Of a DNA stretch of 64,000 nucleotides, positions 61,105-64,000 are shown piece after piece. Within the stretch, counting starts at the first letter, position 1. Each line of letters starts with the position of its first letter. The DNA is from Candidatus Culexmicrobium cathedralense (GTDB lineage: Archaea > Thermoproteota > Methanomethylicia > Culexarchaeales > Culexmicrobiaceae): NCBI GenBank assembly GCA_025061115.1, contig JANZKC010000002.1:224001-288000 (forward strand), written 5' to 3'. A program made the position numbers and the translations under genes. The notes under the pieces are model-generated. The model had not been told where the DNA came from. It made no database searches and worked only from the letters and a program-made list of their open reading frames with translations.

Positions 61105-62325
61105 TTGTCTGAAGTAATTGAAAGAGCGCTCGCCAAGCCATCAATATTCAAGGATGAAAGCAAGCTTTCAATAGACTACGTCCCAGAAAATTTACCCCAT
61201 AGAGAAGATGAACTTGAAACTCTTACAAGCTACTTTAGATTTATGATTGAAAAGCCTGGAGGTTTATGTCAAAAAGTTTTAATAGTTGGACCCGTTGGAA
61301 CCGGAAAAACGGCAACATCAAAGCTTTTTGGAAAAGTTTTTTCAAATCTCGCTGAAAAGAAAGGAGTAAAATTGAAGTACTTTCACGTAAATTGCCATAA
61401 AGACAGGACGCTCTACATGGTTTTAAAGCGCGTAATTAAGGGGCTCATGCCCAACTTCCCTGAAAGAGGACTCTCAGCTCAAGAGATGCTTCAAGCCATT
61501 TGGGATTATCTTGAAAGCGAAGATTCCTATGCCCTATTAACTCTAGATGAATTAGATTACTTCATTAGAACTGCTGGCGAAACAGCCCTATATGATTTAA
61601 TTAGAATGTCCGATGAGCTCTTAAATCTACCTCAGCGCTTTAGCTTCATATTTATTGCTAGGAGCCAAGTCTTCCTTCCAGCTCTTGATAAAAGCACGAG
61701 AAGCACACTTATGCACAACATAATTAGATTCAAACCCTATACCGCCAGCCAGCTGAAGGACATCCTAAAAGCGAGGGTTGAAGAAGCCTTTTTCGAGGGC
61801 GCCATTAGTGATGAAATCATATCTATAATAGCTGACATAGCATCCGAAACAGGAGATGCTAGGTACGCCCTTGAGTTGCTATGGAGAGCAGCTAAGTACG
61901 CTGAAGTAGAGGAGAGCAGAAGAGTAAAGCTTGAGCATGTAAGAAAAGCAGCTTCAGACATGCATCCATTCATGAGAGTTGAAGTTCTAGAAAACTTACT
62001 CCTTCACGAAAAGATTCTGCTACTAGCCATCGCTAGGACTTTAAAAACGGCAGATACAGCTTACGTCACCATGGGAGAGATCGAAGAGACATACAAGCTA
62101 ATATGCGAGGAACTAAATGAAAGGCCCAGAAAGCACACCCAACTATGGGAATACGTTCAAAACCTGAAAAATTTAGGGCTAATCAAAGCGAATGTAACCA
62201 ATGTCAAGCGTAAAGGCAGAAGCACCAAAATAGGCTTGGTTGAAGTCCCCATTGAAACTATTGAAAAAGAAGTATTAGCTCTAATTTGGAGGGAAAAAAG
62301 TGGAAGAGCAAAGCAGCATACTTGA
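61105..62325 (+). CDS. cdc6: Orc1/Cdc6 replication initiator
   Basis: YVPENLPHRE, GPVGTGKT, VNC, LDELD, F.PY, GDARYA, C-terminal wHTH with GR.T. Confidence 0.95.
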   Translation: MSEVIERALAKPSIFKDESKLSIDYVPENLPHREDELETLTSYFRFMIEKPGGLCQKVLIVGPVGTGKTATSKLFGKVFSNLAEKKGVKLKYFHVNCHKDRTLYMVLKRVIKGLMPNFPERGLSAQEMLQAIWDYLESEDSYALLTLDELDYFIRTAGETALYDLIRMSDELLNLPQRFSFIFIARSQVFLPALDKSTRSTLMHNIIRFKPYTASQLKDILKARVEEAFFEGAISDEIISIIADIASETGDARYALELLWRAAKYAEVEESRRVKLEHVRKAASDMHPFMRVEVLENLLLHEKILLLAIARTLKTADTAYVTMGEIEETYKLICEELNERPRKHTQLWEYVQNLKNLGLIKANVTNVKRKGRSTKIGLVEVPIETIEKEVLALIWREKSGRAKQHT

Positions 62326-62572
62326 AGAAGTATTCTCCTCCAGAGGAAGAGTAAAAGTGCTTCGAGTCCTAGTGAAGTTTAAAGAGCTAAATATATCTGA
62401 AGTAGCTAGAAAAGCTAACTTAAGCCACACAGCAGTTGAAAGACACCTAGAAAAGCTTAAGCAACTTAAATTAGTTACGGAGAAAAAATTTGGAAGGATA
62501 CGCATATTTAGGTTTAATAGCAAAAACCCCATTGCAGAAGCAATAAAAGATTTATTTGAAAAATTTGGTTAA
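62300..62572 (+). CDS. ArsR-like wHTH protein
   Basis: FSSRGRVKVL...ELNISEVAR..NLSH...HLEKL...GRIRI. Confidence 0.8.
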   Translation: MEEQSSILEEVFSSRGRVKVLRVLVKFKELNISEVARKANLSHTAVERHLEKLKQLKLVTEKKFGRIRIFRFNSKNPIAEAIKDLFEKFG

Positions 62573-63028
62573 GTGGAGATCATCATGAGTGGAAACGTGA
62601 AAATGATAGATATAACAGCCAAAAAAGTTCAAAAAAGAATAGCTGTTGCTAAAGGTAAAATCAAGCTGAAGCCGGAAACCATAAAAAAGATCGTCGAAGG
62701 CGAAATAGAGAAGGGAAACGTAATTGCAGCAGCAAAGCTGGCTGCAATATTAGCAGCAAAAAGAACGCCCACAATAATACCGCTCTGCCACCCAATTCCA
62801 CTGACAGGAGTCAACGTAGAAATATCAGCGAGAAAAGAGGAAATTGAAGTTAAAGTTGAGGTCAAAGCTGAGGCGAAAACTGGAGTTGAAATTGAAGCAC
62901 TTACGGCAGTTGCAATAGCACTGATAACCATATGGGACATGGTGAAGAAGCATGAGAAGGACGAGAAAGGACAATATCCAACAACCAAAATAGAAAATAT
63001 TAAAGTGGAATTGAAACTTAAGGAGTAA
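62573..63028 (+). CDS. moaC: Cyclic pyranopterin monophosphate synthase
   Basis: MIDITAK, KGNV, IPLCHP, TGVEIEAL, WDMVK. Confidence 0.94.
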   Translation: MEIIMSGNVKMIDITAKKVQKRIAVAKGKIKLKPETIKKIVEGEIEKGNVIAAAKLAAILAAKRTPTIIPLCHPIPLTGVNVEISARKEEIEVKVEVKAEAKTGVEIEALTAVAIALITIWDMVKKHEKDEKGQYPTTKIENIKVELKLKE

Positions 63029-63032
63029 CTCG

Positions 63033-63809
63033 ATGAGAATTTACTGCGTAGTTGGAGCTCGGAGAAGCGTTGGAAAAACAAGCCTAGTAGAGGAGTTAGT
63101 GAAGTATTTAGTCAAAGAAGGAGTAAAAGTATCAACTGTAAAACACGCTTCAAAAAGCATTGACATACCTGAAAAGGACACCTATAGGCACCTTCAATCT
63201 GGAGCTCAAATAACACTAGCAGTTGCTCCAACAGGGTCTGCCATATTTTTAAAAGAGAACGACCTAACAAAGCTCTTAGAAAAATACTTGCCTAAAAGCG
63301 GCATAATATTAATTGAGGGATTTAGGAAAACAAAATTTCCAAAAATAGTTGTAGCAACAGAATGTGGAGATCTAGAAATTGAAGGGCTAAATGGCCAGGT
63401 AATAGCAGTAGTTTGCGGAAGTGAGAATGCAAAGAAAGAGGCTGAAAGAAAATTTCCAAACGCACTAATATGCAATTTTAAAGACATAAGTAAATTAGCT
63501 GAGAAAATCATTAATGAAGCAATAATCAGCGAACACGATAAGCTAGCTAAAGCAAACTGCAAATTATGCGGTTATGAAAGCTGTTTAGAGTATGCAAGGG
63601 CAATAGTCTACGGATTAGATGAGCCAGGTAAATGCGCACTAGAACTTAGAGTTAAAGTGAAAATCGACAATCAAGACTTAAAGTTAAAGCCATTCGTTGA
63701 AAGTGCATTTGGAAAAGCGCTCTATGGGTTTTTAAGCTCACTAAAAGGTTTTAACTTAAACTTCAAAAATATCGTGGTGGAGGTCAAGCGTGAACAAAGT
63801 GCTTTATGA
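63033..63809 (+). CDS. mobB: MobB with C-terminal Fe-S domain
   Basis: GKT, VKH, DIPEKDT.RH, IEGFR, NCKLCGYESC...C. Confidence 0.85.
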   Translation: MRIYCVVGARRSVGKTSLVEELVKYLVKEGVKVSTVKHASKSIDIPEKDTYRHLQSGAQITLAVAPTGSAIFLKENDLTKLLEKYLPKSGIILIEGFRKTKFPKIVVATECGDLEIEGLNGQVIAVVCGSENAKKEAERKFPNALICNFKDISKLAEKIINEAIISEHDKLAKANCKLCGYESCLEYARAIVYGLDEPGKCALELRVKVKIDNQDLKLKPFVESAFGKALYGFLSSLKGFNLNFKNIVVEVKREQSAL

Positions 63810-64000
63810 CAGCTACGGAAGGCCCCTCCTAGGATTAAGAATAACGGTAACTCACAAATGCAATTTTAATTGCATATACTGCCACAGGGAAGGCGAAAAC
63901 CCGAGCGAGAGAGAGATGGCCCCCAATGAAATAGGGAAGATAGTTGAAATAGCAGCAAAATATGGCGTTTATAAAATCAAGCTGACTGGAGGAGAACCAC
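63790..64000 (+). CDS. moaA: GTP 3',8-cyclase MoaA (5' part, truncated by the window)
   Basis: Hand translation: MNKVLYDSYGRPLLGLRITVTHKCNFNCIYCHREG...KIKLTGGEP. Confidence 0.92.
   Translation, partial: MNKVLYDSYGRPLLGLRITVTHKCNFNCIYCHREGENPSEREMAPNEIGKIVEIAAKYGVYKIKLTGGEP

Noticed and set aside
1-64000. CRISPR array, rRNA genes, transposase or integrase genes
   Set aside because: No regularly spaced direct repeats, long GC-rich structural RNA or recombinase motifs were seen by eye.

Overview
This is an archaeal chromosome window, most likely Thermoproteota/TACK (HMf-type histone, rpl13e, rpl14e, rpl34e, intron-split cbf5, BHB tRNA introns). It holds housekeeping genes, including the rpl22-to-cbf5 ribosomal superoperon, IOR/ACD peptide fermentation, larB/larC/larE, thiI, cdc6, moaC-mobB-moaA and tupABC. 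It also has CobN and ChlI/ChlD chelatase genes, four tRNAs, three or four box C/D sRNA candidates and an AT-rich accessory stretch (~40.2-50.5 kb) with several pseudogenes. The standout is tRNA-Phe(GAA) at 34860-35570. It is interrupted at the non-canonical position 30/31 by a 637-nt intron closed by a strict bulge-helix-bulge and a perfect 20-bp stem, and the intron encodes a two-motif LAGLIDADG homing endonuclease. Circularising the excised intron (…GAA|UGAAAA…) would create both an in-frame AUG start and the in-frame UGA stop as an overlapping AUGA at the ligation junction. As assembled, the ORF carries two +1 insertions in T runs. All calls come from reading the sequence and recognising motifs; no searches were run.
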